A stretch of DNA of 64,000 nucleotides. Source: Desulfomonilia bacterium. GTDB lineage: Bacteria; Desulfobacterota; Desulfomonilia; UBA1062. Numbering within the stretch: the stretch's first letter is position 1; each line of letters starts with the position of its first letter. Positions 19,171-29,968 of this stretch are shown here, piece after piece. The translations under genes and the position numbers were made by a program. The notes below the pieces were generated by a model. It was given only the letters and a program-made list of their open reading frames with translations, ran no database searches and had not been told where the DNA came from. The stretch lies in assembly GCA_963664325.2 (NCBI GenBank), contig CAXXDQ010000003.1, positions 1,146,169 through 1,210,168 of the forward strand, given 5' to 3'.

Positions 19171-19998
19171 ATGACTTCGATCCATCTCTGCCAGCCTGAC
19201 AAAAACAAATCCTGCGGAGCATGCTGCGGGATTTACAATTATGTCGCCAATACAAAGTTTGAGCTGATCAGGCGTTTCGATTACCGTGAGAAACTGATGC
19301 AGAAAGTCAGGAATCGTGAGCTTTCCCTCGAAGCCTACAGGGATATTATCAGGCGCCGGGAAGGATGGAAGGCGGATTTACAAAAACAATATATACATGC
19401 GAATTTGCCGGCTGGCTAGATGGTGGTCGGAAAAAGATCGGCTGCATGATACACCCGATGCAGAATAACGGGAATGATATGCGCGACACAAGCTTTTACG
19501 GCCGCGAGATTATGCTGAGGGCCATTTCGTGTCCGAGTTACCAGAAGCTTGAATCAGAACGAAGCCCGGATAATTGCCGATACGCTTGACGACTGGTATC
19601 TTTTCGGGCAGTCATCACGGATATAGATTTTGTGAAAACCTTTTTCAGGATTGTTCAGGACAGGACAGGGTGAAGAGATCAAGCCCCACGTTGTCAGGGA
19701 ATCCCAGAGGCTTAAAGATATTATCAACAGGTATTGCAGCCTCAAGGTCTCATGGCCGTTTAGTGATACCAAGCGCCCCCGTTTCGGCAAATATTATTTT
19801 GTGGGTGAGGAATACGATATAGACAAAATCGACTATGAAGGTCTCGGCGCCGATGTGCCCGTTTATGCCCCGATTTTTTTAAGCCTGTCTTCCGCGTTTG
19901 AATGCAGGGAGGAACTCGATATGGCAATAAACATGCTTGATGTGATAATAGGTGAGTTTACATATGAATACCCGGGAACTGATAAACAGAATTATTGA
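19171..19998 (+). pseudogene. Cys-rich protein (possibly YkgJ/UPF0153-like CxxCxxCC zinc/iron-chelating family), at least four frame breaks
   Basis: SCGACCGIYNY is followed, in other frames, by IYTCEFAGWLD..IGCMIHP..RDTSFYG..CPSYQKL, NQNEARIIADTLDDWYLFG, AVITDIDFVKTFFRIVQDRTG and EEIKPHVV...YEYPGTDKQNY. Breaks lie near 19365-19390, 19545-19555, 19610 and 19665. Confidence 0.5.
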
Positions 19999-20801
19999 TC
20001 TGGCCCTTGAGGAAGACGGGTATGACGTAACGGCCAACGCTATTTTTTCTGAGACCGACAGGCTTGAAGCAGTGTTCACAGCCAAGTCATCAGGAGTCAT
20101 CGCAGGTCTCGATGTCGCTGAGACCGTGTTCAAGAGACTCGATGATACAGCGATTTTTGAAAAAAAGGTGTGCGACGGGGACCGGGTCGATAACGGCACG
20201 GTACTCGCATCCATAACAGGAAATGCCGGCAAATTGCTCAAGGCCGAGCGGGTTGCGCTCAATTTCATGCAGCGCATGAGCGGGATTGCGACCATGACAG
20301 CTATGTTCGTGAGAGAACTCGAGGGAACAAAAGACTGTACTGCTGGATACGAGAAAGACCGCTCCAGGCCAGAGGCTTCTGGATAAGATGGCCGTAAGGC
20401 TCGGCGGAGGCCGGAACCACCGCATGGGGCTTTATGACATGGCGCTTATCAAGGACAATCACATCGACCGTGTGGGCTCGATCACCGAAGCAGTAAAAAG
20501 GGTGAGGGGGCTGTCCAGGGAAATTCCGGTAGAAGTCGAATGCCGCAGACTCGAAGATGTCGAGGAGGTCTTGCCTCTAAATGTTGACCGGATAATGCTC
20601 GACAACTTCAGCATAGATGACATGCGAAAGGCGGTCAGTCTTATCGGCGGGAAAACCCCGGTAGAGGCTTCTGGGGGGATAACCCTCGAAACAATACGCG
20701 ATGTGGCCCTGACAGGGGTCGACTACATATCTGTAGGCGAGGTTACTCATTCGGTGAAGGCTTTTGATATTTCCATGACGATCGGACTGGCGGATGACTG
20801 A
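19964..20801 (+). pseudogene. nadC: Nicotinate-nucleotide pyrophosphorylase (quinolinate phosphoribosyltransferase), one frame break
   Basis: ORFs 19952..20386 and 20388..20801 form one NadC. Removing one A from the A4 run at 20329-20332 gives [36 protein letters not shown]. Confidence 0.88.
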
Positions 20802-21807
20802 AGAACAGGCAAGAGGGATTATCATCAGGAAGAAAGGGGAGCTCGGCTCAAGGCTCGTCATTCTCGGCCACCACTATCAGAACGATTCAATAATTGAATA
20901 CGCGGATTACGTGGGTGATTCACTGGAGCTCTCCAGAAAATCCGCACAGCTTGGAGATGCAGAAATAATAGTCTTTTGCGGCGTGTATTTCATGGCGGAG
21001 ACGGCCGTGATCCTTTCCCCGGATAAAAAAGTATATATTCCCGATAAATCCGCAGGATGTCCGCTGGCCGACATGGCCAAAGTCAGCGATGTTGAAAAGG
21101 CCTGGAAGATTATTTCAGCAAAACCCGCCGTTCCGGTGACCTATGTTAATTCGTCCGCAGCTGTAAAAGCCTTCTGCGGACGTAATGGCGGCATTGTCTG
21201 CACTTCAGGAAATGCAAAACGGGTTTTCAGCTGGGCCCTTGAAAAAAAAGGGCGCATATTCTTCATGCCCGATATGAACCTCGGCAGGAATACCGCGAAC
21301 AGCCTCGGCATAAAGGAGAGTGAAATAAAACTCTGGGACCCCGAAGCGGGTCTGGATAATAAGACAGCGGAAAATGCGAAAGTTATTCTGTGGAAGGGCT
21401 GGTGTCCTGTACATTATCCGGGATTCACTGCCGGAGATATCATCAGATTCAGATCTGAAAATCCCGGCGGCAAAGTGATTGTTCACCCGGAATCGGATTC
21501 GGAGGCGGTAAGGGCAAGTGACGAGGCTGCTTCGACGGCCGGCATCATCGATTATGCCGGTATGCAGCGGGATGGTACGACTGTTGCGGTCGGTACAGAA
21601 GCGAACATGGTCAAAAGGCTTGCTTCAGAAAAAGACGGAATCAGGATTGTTCCGCTTAAAGAGGCGTACTGCGACGACATGGCAAAGATAACACTCAAAA
21701 AACTTGCCTTATGCCTGGAAACGCTTTCGGAAGAGTTCAGGGTGAAAGTGGAGGAAGATGTTGCCGCAGATGCCCGGAAAGCGCTAAAGCGAATGCTGGA
21801 GGTCTGA
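20794..21807 (+). CDS. nadA: Quinolinate synthase
   Basis: LVILGHHYQ, FCGVYFMAET, AGCPLAD and WCPVH match the NadA pattern. The gene sits in a nadC-nadA-nadB arrangement. Confidence 0.9.
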   Translation: MTEEQARGIIIRKKGELGSRLVILGHHYQNDSIIEYADYVGDSLELSRKSAQLGDAEIIVFCGVYFMAETAVILSPDKKVYIPDKSAGCPLADMAKVSDVEKAWKIISAKPAVPVTYVNSSAAVKAFCGRNGGIVCTSGNAKRVFSWALEKKGRIFFMPDMNLGRNTANSLGIKESEIKLWDPEAGLDNKTAENAKVILWKGWCPVHYPGFTAGDIIRFRSENPGGKVIVHPESDSEAVRASDEAASTAGIIDYAGMQRDGTTVAVGTEANMVKRLASEKDGIRIVPLKEAYCDDMAKITLKKLALCLETLSEEFRVKVEEDVAADARKALKRMLEV

Positions 21808-21808
21808 C

Positions 21809-23443
21809 ATGGCGCGAATTGAAACTGAAGTGCTTGTTATAGGAACCGGAATTGCCGGGGCGACATGCGCCCTGATTGCCGCCCAGCAGGGACTTAAAGT
21901 GACGCTTGTCACCAAGCGCAATGATCCGCACCGTACAAACACGAACCGCGCCCAGGGCGGTATTGTTTTCAGGGGGAAGGAAGATTCACCCGAAATCCTG
22001 AGAGAAGACATATTGAGAGCTGGCCGGAATATAAATTCGATTGAGGCCGTCGATTTCATCTCTGAAAGAGGACCTGACATAGTCGAGGAAGTGCTTATCA
22101 GAAACCTTCACGTGAACTTTACGCATCTTACGGATTCCCATGAGGAGCTTTACGACCTGACCCGCGAGGGGGCGCACTCGGTCAACCGTATACTGTATTC
22201 CGCTGACAACACGGGAGAGGTCATTGAAAAATCACTGATAGAGGCTGTCCGTTCGCACGACAATGTCACAATAATTACCGGGGCAACAGCCATTGACCTC
22301 GTAACCATGCATCACCATTCCAGTGATATCCAGGCCAGATATCTGCTGGGCGACAGGTGCCTTGGGGCTTACCTTTTCATGAACGAGAGGAGGGAAGTCG
22401 ATGTTGTACTGGCCCAGTACACGGTGCTGGCAACCGGCGGACTAGGTGATATTTTTGTACATTCCACGAATGAAAAGGGCACTGTCGGCGACGGCATGGT
22501 CATGGCGAAACGGGCCGGCGCCCGTGTCATGAATATGGAATTCATGCAGTTTCACCCGACAACTCTTTATATTCCTGGCGGCAGGCGTTTCCTGATTTCA
22601 GAGGCTGTCAGGGGAGAGGGTGCCAAACTCAAGAACCTTTCGGGAGAATATTTCATGGAGAGGTACAATCCCGACCTTAAAGACCTTGCCCCGAGGGATG
22701 AAGTGACTGTAGCGATATGGGAAGAAACCATAAGAAACAAGGAGGAATATGTCCTTCTCGACATAGCAAACCACGTTCATGGTGATATAAATGAGCGCTT
22801 CCCGACTATTTCAAAGACATGCCGGGAGGCGGGCATCGATATAACAAAGGAGCCTGTGCCTGTCGTTCCGGCGGCGCATTATTTCTGCGGCGGTGTGCAT
22901 GTGAACACAAAAGGCTGGACAACGCTAAGAGGACTTTATGCAATCGGTGAGGTGTCCTGCACCGGACTTCACGGGGCGAACCGCCTTGCATCGACATCCC
23001 TGCTCGAAGGTCTTCTCTGGGGTTATCAGTCGGCCATGGACATCAAAGAAAGAATAAACTCAGGGGAAACGGTCAAGACATCGACCCTTTCCTCGGCCCG
23101 GGACTGGATACCAACAGGCAACGTGGCCAATGAGGACCCGGCGCTCATTGCCCAGGACTGGGCGAACCTGAAGAACACCATGTGGAACTATGTCGGCATA
23201 GTGCGTACGGAATCCAGACTCAAACGCGCCCTGGAGGATTTAAGGCACATGTTTTTGCGGATCGAGGAGTTCTACAGGGAAACCCCGGTTTCAAAGGATA
23301 TTATAAGCCTCTTTCATGGAACCCAGGCGGCGATAATGGTTGCCGAGGCGGCGCTCAGAAACCCCACATCAATCGGCTGCCACCTTATAAGATCCGAGGG
23401 CTACGCCAGGACTTCTCCAACATTAAGGATAAACGACCTGTGA
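21809..23443 (+). CDS. nadB: L-aspartate oxidase
   Basis: The dinucleotide fold is VLVIGTGIAGATCAL. AQGGI, FMQFHPT, HYFCGGV and GANRLASTSLLE are typical of NadB/succinate dehydrogenase flavoproteins. Confidence 0.92.
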   Translation: MARIETEVLVIGTGIAGATCALIAAQQGLKVTLVTKRNDPHRTNTNRAQGGIVFRGKEDSPEILREDILRAGRNINSIEAVDFISERGPDIVEEVLIRNLHVNFTHLTDSHEELYDLTREGAHSVNRILYSADNTGEVIEKSLIEAVRSHDNVTIITGATAIDLVTMHHHSSDIQARYLLGDRCLGAYLFMNERREVDVVLAQYTVLATGGLGDIFVHSTNEKGTVGDGMVMAKRAGARVMNMEFMQFHPTTLYIPGGRRFLISEAVRGEGAKLKNLSGEYFMERYNPDLKDLAPRDEVTVAIWEETIRNKEEYVLLDIANHVHGDINERFPTISKTCREAGIDITKEPVPVVPAAHYFCGGVHVNTKGWTTLRGLYAIGEVSCTGLHGANRLASTSLLEGLLWGYQSAMDIKERINSGETVKTSTLSSARDWIPTGNVANEDPALIAQDWANLKNTMWNYVGIVRTESRLKRALEDLRHMFLRIEEFYRETPVSKDIISLFHGTQAAIMVAEAALRNPTSIGCHLIRSEGYARTSPTLRINDL

Positions 23444-23618
23444 TTGAAAAAGAGATTGGCCGGTGAAAAGAAGGAGGTGCCGGTTTAATGGCAACGGATA
23501 TTTGATTGATTTATCTGCCTGATATATTTGCGTTATAGTCACTGTCCGCAGCCCTATTTTTTGTAAATAAGTGTAAATAGTCTGGATGAATATTGCCTGG
23601 TGTAATAATAAAGACATT

Positions 23619-24896
23619 ATGAAAAAAGCAATTTTAATGCTCATCTGTTTTATCTTTCCAGCGATGCTTAATGCCGGCCAGGACATAGCGCCCGGAGAGA
23701 TGCTTGATCTTGATAAGTGCATAAGCATTGCCCTTTCCAACCATCCGCAGATTATCGCCGCCCAATCCAATTATGAGGCGAGCCGGGCCACGACGGGCCA
23801 GGCTAAATCGGCGTATCTGCCGCAGCTGAACGCTACTGCGACATATTCGAAATATGACCAGGACACGGGGTATGACATCAACCAGTCGGGTCCTTTCGAC
23901 AAGTACGAGACGGGTGTGAACTTGAACATGATGCTTTATGATTTCGGCCGGACCCCTTCCCAGGTCGGGGTCAGAAGGTATGAAACGGATTCTTCCTCGG
24001 CCGATTACAGCGACACGAAGTCACAGGTGATCCTGGGTGTAAAAAATGCGTACTACGGACTTCTCCAATCCAAAGACAACCTAGATGCAAATTCATCAAC
24101 GGTTGAAAAGTTTGAACAGCACCTTCAGATGGCAAAAAAACTCCATGAGGTCGGCCTTAAACCCACTATAGACGTTACAAAGGCCGAGGTCGATCTGGGC
24201 CAGTCAAAGCTCGACCTTATAAAGGCGATGAATACATACCTTTCAAATAAGCTTATTCTGGCAAATGCCATGGGCGTCAAGACCGCACCTGACTTCGAGA
24301 TAAACCCTTCTCCCAAGTTCATAGATGTTTCAATCGAGGAAAATGCGGCGCTCTCAAAGGCGTACGACAACAGGGCAGACCTGAAATCTGCGAAGGCAAA
24401 GGCGGATGCGGCCGCAATGAATGTAAAACTTGCAAACTCGGGGCATTACCCGATCCTGAACGGGGTTGCAGGCTACGGCTGGCTGGGCAATGACTTTCCT
24501 CTTCAGAAAGAATGGAACGCAGGTGCTAACCTGACCGTACCGATCTTCTCGGGATTCAACGTAAAGTACAGCGTGGAAGAGGCAAAGGCAAAGCAGAAGA
24601 GCCAGACGGCTAATGTCGAGCTGATCAGGCAGAATATCAGGCTCGATGTCACGCAGGCCCTGCTTTCCATATCGGAAGTTAAAAAAAGGATAGACGTTGC
24701 CCGTGAAACGCTTGTTTATGCAAAACAGAACAGGGAGCTTGCAGAAGGCCGCTATGCAGAAGGGGTGGGTAATGCAGTCGAAGTGACGGATGCGATAACA
24801 TCTGAAAAAACAACCCTTACGGCTTATGCCTCGGCCATGTACGATTACCGGACGGCCGTTGCGAACCTTGAAAAGGCCATGGGAGAACTGAAATGA
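23619..24896 (+). CDS. TolC-family outer membrane efflux protein
   Basis: The signal peptide is MKKAILMLICFIFPAMLNA. The protein shows the two-repeat OEP pattern and is first in an efflux operon. Confidence 0.85.
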   Translation: MKKAILMLICFIFPAMLNAGQDIAPGEMLDLDKCISIALSNHPQIIAAQSNYEASRATTGQAKSAYLPQLNATATYSKYDQDTGYDINQSGPFDKYETGVNLNMMLYDFGRTPSQVGVRRYETDSSSADYSDTKSQVILGVKNAYYGLLQSKDNLDANSSTVEKFEQHLQMAKKLHEVGLKPTIDVTKAEVDLGQSKLDLIKAMNTYLSNKLILANAMGVKTAPDFEINPSPKFIDVSIEENAALSKAYDNRADLKSAKAKADAAAMNVKLANSGHYPILNGVAGYGWLGNDFPLQKEWNAGANLTVPIFSGFNVKYSVEEAKAKQKSQTANVELIRQNIRLDVTQALLSISEVKKRIDVARETLVYAKQNRELAEGRYAEGVGNAVEVTDAITSEKTTLTAYASAMYDYRTAVANLEKAMGELK

Positions 24897-26065
24897 AGAA
24901 AACAGTTGCATTTATTATAATCCTGGTGGCAATCGGGATTGCCGCATATTTCATTTTCAATAAAAATGGCGGCAAGTCCGATTACAAGACCGAGAAGGTT
25001 GAGAAAGGCGATGTTCAGGACACCGTAACTGCCACGGGTACGGTAAACGCAGTTGTGAACGTACAGGTCGGGACCCAGGTATCAGGGACCATCAGCAGAC
25101 TCTTTGTCGACTACAACTTCCTGGTGAAAAAAGGGCAGATGCTGGCCCAGATCGATCCTGCAAATTTCGAGGCCCAGGTTGCTCAGGCCAAGGCCAACCT
25201 CCTGAATGCCCAGGCTGGGTTTAAAAAGGCACAGGCAGTGCTTGTCGATAGCCTGCGTACACTTGAAAGGAATAAGGTCCTTTTAAAGAAGGATTTTGTC
25301 GCCCAGAGCGATGTCGATACCGCCCAGACAACTGCGGATTCCAATGCAGCCCAGGTCGATGCGGCAAGGGCACAGATCGAACAGATGAAAGCTGCCCTTA
25401 GAATTGCCGAAACAAATCTGGGTTATACGAAGATACTATCCCCGGTTGACGGGACGGTAATTTCCAGAAGTGTTGACGTGGGCCAGACTGTTGCCGCCAG
25501 CTTCCAGACCCCGACGCTTTTCACGATAGCCCAGAATCTGAAGGAAATGCAGATCGAAACAAATGTGGATGAAGCGGATATAGGGAAGATCAAAAACTCC
25601 CAGGCTGTCGAATTTACGGTAGACGCCTACCCTGATCTGACATTCAAAGGGGTAGTCTCGGAGATAAGAAATTCGCCAATCACGGTTTCGAATGTCGTCA
25701 CTTATGCCGTCATCGTAAAGGTCGATAACCCTGAGTTTAAACTCAAGCCCGGAATGACGACGAATGTAACCATTATTATCGATGAGAAGAAGGGCGTGCT
25801 CAAGGTTCCCGATTCGGCGCTAAGGTTCAAACCCGATCAGGAGTCAAAAAAGCCTAATGGAAAAGGCGGTTCTGCCGTATGGGTGATGGAAAATGGCAGA
25901 ATGAAAAGAATTCCGGTCAGGACGGGCATCAGCGACGGCAGTTACACAGAAGTCGTATCCGGAAATCTCAGGGAAGGCGTCGAGGTAATAACTGAATCGG
26001 CGATTTCGGAAAAGACCGGTGCAAAAAACAAAGATAAGCATATGGGGCCTCCGCCCATGTTTTAG
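24893..26065 (+). CDS. HlyD/MacA-family periplasmic adaptor (membrane fusion protein)
   Basis: It has an N-terminal TM segment, a biotinyl/lipoyl-like domain, a coiled-coil hairpin (AQVAQAKANLLNAQAG...) and a beta-barrel. Its start codon overlaps the upstream gene. Confidence 0.88.
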   Translation: MKKTVAFIIILVAIGIAAYFIFNKNGGKSDYKTEKVEKGDVQDTVTATGTVNAVVNVQVGTQVSGTISRLFVDYNFLVKKGQMLAQIDPANFEAQVAQAKANLLNAQAGFKKAQAVLVDSLRTLERNKVLLKKDFVAQSDVDTAQTTADSNAAQVDAARAQIEQMKAALRIAETNLGYTKILSPVDGTVISRSVDVGQTVAASFQTPTLFTIAQNLKEMQIETNVDEADIGKIKNSQAVEFTVDAYPDLTFKGVVSEIRNSPITVSNVVTYAVIVKVDNPEFKLKPGMTTNVTIIIDEKKGVLKVPDSALRFKPDQESKKPNGKGGSAVWVMENGRMKRIPVRTGISDGSYTEVVSGNLREGVEVITESAISEKTGAKNKDKHMGPPPMF

Positions 26066-26073
26066 GTACAGCC

Positions 26074-26778
26074 ATGCCTTTGATCGAAACAAAGAATCTG
26101 TACAAAATTTACGACATGGGTGAAGAAGACCAGGTCCATGCGTTGAACGATGTATCCATTTCAATCGAAAGCGGTGAATTCGTGGCGATCATGGGGCCAT
26201 CCGGTTCAGGAAAATCGACATTCATGAATACCCTGGGCTGCCTCGACAGGCCGACCAGAGGAACCTATCTGCTAGACGGGATTGATACCAGCGGCCTTGA
26301 AAACAATGACCTGGCGGCGATAAGGAACAGAAAGATCGGATTTGTTTTTCAGGGCTTCAACCTTTTGCGAAAGACGACGGCGCTTGGAAACGTCGAGCTG
26401 CCGATGCTCTATGCAGGCGTGCATCAGAGCGAAAGGCGTAAACGGGCAATGGCGGCGCTGGACGCCCTGGGACTCTCGGACAGGAGCAATTATTTTTCAA
26501 ACCAGCTCTCGGGGGGTCAGCAGCAGAGGGTTGCTATAGCCAGGGCGCTTGTGAACAACGCACCGCTGATACTTGCGGACGAACCGACAGGGAATCTCGA
26601 CAGCAAATCAAGCTACGAGATCATGGACCTCATAGTAAAACTCAATGCCGAAGAAAAAATCACGATAGTGCTTGTCACGCATGAGCCTGATATCGCGGCA
26701 TACAGCAGACGCGTAATAAAGTTCCTTGACGGAAAGGTGATAAGCGATAAGGTTCAGGACCCGGGGTTAAAGGCATGA
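26074..26778 (+). CDS. MacB/LolD-type ABC transporter ATP-binding protein
   Basis: It has Walker A GPSGSGKST, the signature LSGGQQQRV and Walker B ILADEPT. Confidence 0.92.
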   Translation: MPLIETKNLYKIYDMGEEDQVHALNDVSISIESGEFVAIMGPSGSGKSTFMNTLGCLDRPTRGTYLLDGIDTSGLENNDLAAIRNRKIGFVFQGFNLLRKTTALGNVELPMLYAGVHQSERRKRAMAALDALGLSDRSNYFSNQLSGGQQQRVAIARALVNNAPLILADEPTGNLDSKSSYEIMDLIVKLNAEEKITIVLVTHEPDIAAYSRRVIKFLDGKVISDKVQDPGLKA

Positions 26779-28004
26779 TAAACATTCCATCGACAATGAA
26801 AGTTTCATTAAATGCGCTCAGGGCGAACAAAATGCGTTCGGCCCTGACAGTGCTTGGAATAATAATCGGAGTCGCCGCGGTCATAACGATGCTGGCCGTG
26901 GGTTCGGGGGCAAGCAAGAAGATAACGGACCAGATATCAAGCATGGGGAGCAATGTCATAATAGTGACGCCGGGCAGCAGGACACAGAGTGGTGTCAGGA
27001 CCGGAGCCGGCGGTTCGTCGGCGCTCACGATTTTCGATGCCGATGCAATCAGAAAAAGATGTACTGCGGTCGGCAAGATTGCGCCTGTTTTGAACGGTTC
27101 TGCGCAGGTGGTGTACCAGGATCAGAACTGGCTTACGTCTGTCGTCGGCACGACCCAGGACATGCTCGAGATAAAGGACTGGAAGCTTGTTTCCGGAAGG
27201 AACCTGACAAATCAGGATATCAGGAGCGCTACAAAGGTCTGCGTCCTCGGATCAACGGTTGTCGATAACCTTTTCCCCAATGAAGAACCAGTAGGACGCG
27301 TGATCAGAATAAAAAAGGTCCTTTTCAAGGTGGTCGGCGTGCTTGAGACAAAGGGCCAGTCCATGATGGGACAGGACCAGGACGATACGCTTTTCATACC
27401 CATCACAACCGCACAGAAAAAGATCTTCGGTACGACGATCCCCGGGATGATAAGGAACATAACCCTGCAGGCCAGAAGTGTCGATTCGATGCAGGCTGCC
27501 GAAGACCAGGTTACCGATGTTATTAGGCAGAAACACAACATAGGACCTAAAGGCTACGATGATTTTACCGTAAGGAACCTGACCCAGATATTAAAGGAAG
27601 CGCAGAGTGCAACAAGGGTCATGACGATACTTCTGGGGGCGATAGCCTCGATCTCACTTCTGGTGGGCGGGATAGGAATCATGAACATCATGCTTGTTTC
27701 GGTCACCGAAAGGACCAGGGAGATAGGTATCAGGATGGCGGTCGGCGCACGCTCCTGGGACATAAGGCTTCAGTTCATAATCGAGGCGGTCACGCTTTCT
27801 ATGCTGGGCGGTGCCATAGGCATCCTGCTGGGTTCACTGGGGGCGTATATCATTTCAAAATTCGCGGACTGGCCGCCTGTCGTAACACCCATGTCCGTGC
27901 TCATATCTTTTGGATTCTCGTTTTTTGTAGGCATCTTTTTCGGCTATTATCCTGCATATAAAGCCTCACTGCTGCATCCTATAGACGCGCTCAGATATGA
28001 ATGA
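26775..28004 (+). CDS. MacB-type ABC transporter permease (FtsX-like with periplasmic MacB_PCD domain)
   Basis: It has an N-terminal TM segment, a large periplasmic domain and a C-terminal FtsX-like 3-TM bundle with the ERTREIGIRMAVGA motif. Confidence 0.9.
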   Translation: MINIPSTMKVSLNALRANKMRSALTVLGIIIGVAAVITMLAVGSGASKKITDQISSMGSNVIIVTPGSRTQSGVRTGAGGSSALTIFDADAIRKRCTAVGKIAPVLNGSAQVVYQDQNWLTSVVGTTQDMLEIKDWKLVSGRNLTNQDIRSATKVCVLGSTVVDNLFPNEEPVGRVIRIKKVLFKVVGVLETKGQSMMGQDQDDTLFIPITTAQKKIFGTTIPGMIRNITLQARSVDSMQAAEDQVTDVIRQKHNIGPKGYDDFTVRNLTQILKEAQSATRVMTILLGAIASISLLVGGIGIMNIMLVSVTERTREIGIRMAVGARSWDIRLQFIIEAVTLSMLGGAIGILLGSLGAYIISKFADWPPVVTPMSVLISFGFSFFVGIFFGYYPAYKASLLHPIDALRYE

Positions 28005-28027
28005 TTTGTTTTTAAGAAAAGGACGTA

Positions 28028-29377
28028 ATGAACGGAAATGCAATAACGTTTGATATTCTGTTTTTTACAGCGGCGGGTATTTTCCTACTCAGCTATGTCC
28101 TCATTGTTTTGGACTGGGTGCATAAAACAGTTGTTGCACTGTGCGGTGCCGCACTTATGATAGTGCTCGGCATCGTGACTCAGAAGGAGGCCTTTCACTT
28201 GCCCGAACTCGGCATAGACTGGAATGTAATTTTCCTGCTCTTCTCAATGATGGTTTTTATCAATATCATGCGGCCATCGGGCATATTCGAATATATTGCC
28301 ATAAGAAGCGCCAAACTTGTCAAGGCCAGGCCCTTTGCAGTGATGGCCTTATTCTCGGTCGTGACAGCACTTCTTTCCGCATTACTCGATAATGTGACAA
28401 CGGTCCTTCTTATTGCACCTGTAACGGTTTTTGTCTGTCAGGCCCTTGACCTTGAGCCGGTGCCGTTTCTCATAACAGAGGCTCTTGCTTCCAATATCGG
28501 CGGCGCTGCTACACTTGTAGGCGACCCGCCGAATATCATGATAGCATCAAAAGCTGGGCTCACTTTCATGGATTTTATAAATAACATGGCGCCTGTAATT
28601 GTCGTGATAATGATTGCCTACCTTGTGAGCATAAAATTTATTTTCGGAAAGAATATGATCGTCAGTGATGAGCACCGCCAGCGTATAATGGCCATGGATG
28701 AAAGGGTGACCATCAAGAATAAAGGCCTGATGATTAAATCTTTAATCGTGCTCGCCATAACAATGACCGGTTTCGTTTTTCACGGCGTGATTCATCTCGA
28801 GCCTGCTACGGTAGCGCTTTCAGGTGCAGCAATCATGCTTCTTGTTTCGCGAGTTAAAGAACCTCATCGCCTTTTATCGGAAGTCGAGTGGTCCACGCTG
28901 TTCTTCTTTATCGGTCTTTTTGTAATTATCGGAGGCGTGGTCAAGGTCGGTCTTATCAAGTGGCTTTCCGTTAAAATGCTCCTGTTGACAGGCGGCGAAA
29001 TGTTCGGGCTCAGCATCGCAGTGATGTGGTTTTCGGCCTTTGCATCGGCATTCATTGACAATATCCCGTATGTGGCGACAATGAACCCGCTCATAATAGA
29101 CATGGCTAAGCAGCTCTGGCCTAACCTTTCAGGTGCAGCACTTCTTCATCATCCGAACCTCATGCCTGTATGGTGGTCGCTTGCACTGGGGGCCTGTCTC
29201 GGGGGAAACGGAACGATAATCGGGGCTTCAGCCAATGTAATCATTGCTGGCATGTCCGAGAAGATAGGGAAAAAGATCACGTTCGGCCGGTTCATGCTTT
29301 ACGGTATGCCCCTGATGATAGAATCCGTCATTATAAGCATGTTATATGTGTGGTTAAGGTATTATATCCTTGCGTGA
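28028..29377 (+). CDS. ArsB/NhaD-superfamily (citrate-transporter-like / SLC13-type) permease
   Basis: This 449-aa polytopic membrane protein carries LDNVTTVLL and GDPPNIMIA motifs typical of the family. Confidence 0.75.
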   Translation: MNGNAITFDILFFTAAGIFLLSYVLIVLDWVHKTVVALCGAALMIVLGIVTQKEAFHLPELGIDWNVIFLLFSMMVFINIMRPSGIFEYIAIRSAKLVKARPFAVMALFSVVTALLSALLDNVTTVLLIAPVTVFVCQALDLEPVPFLITEALASNIGGAATLVGDPPNIMIASKAGLTFMDFINNMAPVIVVIMIAYLVSIKFIFGKNMIVSDEHRQRIMAMDERVTIKNKGLMIKSLIVLAITMTGFVFHGVIHLEPATVALSGAAIMLLVSRVKEPHRLLSEVEWSTLFFFIGLFVIIGGVVKVGLIKWLSVKMLLLTGGEMFGLSIAVMWFSAFASAFIDNIPYVATMNPLIIDMAKQLWPNLSGAALLHHPNLMPVWWSLALGACLGGNGTIIGASANVIIAGMSEKIGKKITFGRFMLYGMPLMIESVIISMLYVWLRYYILA

Positions 29378-29424
29378 AGAGATATTTTGATCTGGACTGC
29401 TGGCATGATAATTAAGTTCTTATC

Positions 29425-29871
29425 TCATTCACTCTGCCATTTGTAATGCTTTTTCCTCTTTGATACCCATTCTTCCTCTCCGAGATCTTTTATAAGCCCC
29501 AGATGGAATTCAAGGTTCGGATGGATTTTTTTAAGTCCTTCGAGAAGATCGCATGTTTTATAATTTCCGCATTCCCAACAGCCTGAAAGGCCATGCTCAT
29601 GAACGCAGGGCCTTATTTTGCAGTCGGTTTTGCAGCCGCCCTCAGTGCATGGGGCCTTGCATTTAAGTCCGGCAATGGCATCAAGCATAACAGGAAAATT
29701 CCCATATTCCTTAAAGATGGGATTCGTGTCGGATTTCAGCTCGGCATAGTTCTCGAACTGCAGTTCATCGAGCATCTCCTTCAGATTGTTTACAAGCTCA
29801 AAGAGCCCGGACTTCGAGGGGACGCAGTCCCTGCAATAAAGTCCGCATAAAGCCGTATATTTTTGATTCAT
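29425..29871 (-). CDS. DUF3795-like Cys-rich protein
   Basis: The N-terminus is CGLYCRDC. Further Cys clusters (CKAPCTEGGCKTDCKIRPC, GCWECGNYKTC) follow. Confidence 0.6.
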   Translation of the reverse strand: MNQKYTALCGLYCRDCVPSKSGLFELVNNLKEMLDELQFENYAELKSDTNPIFKEYGNFPVMLDAIAGLKCKAPCTEGGCKTDCKIRPCVHEHGLSGCWECGNYKTCDLLEGLKKIHPNLEFHLGLIKDLGEEEWVSKRKKHYKWQSE

Positions 29872-29968
29872 TATTTTTTCCCTGCCTTTACCGGTTGAAC
29901 AAATATCGGTGCTTGGTTATTATTAAAACTGTAATGTATATGTTTCAGAATACACGGGAGGTCAAGAG

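Noticed and set aside
16641-20801. The frame breaks interpreted as programmed ribosomal frameshifting or a recoding system
   Set aside because: The breaks show no shared slippery heptamer or downstream structure. They go in both directions and occur in unrelated genes, mostly at plain short homopolymers. Indel error, or less likely decay, is the simpler explanation.
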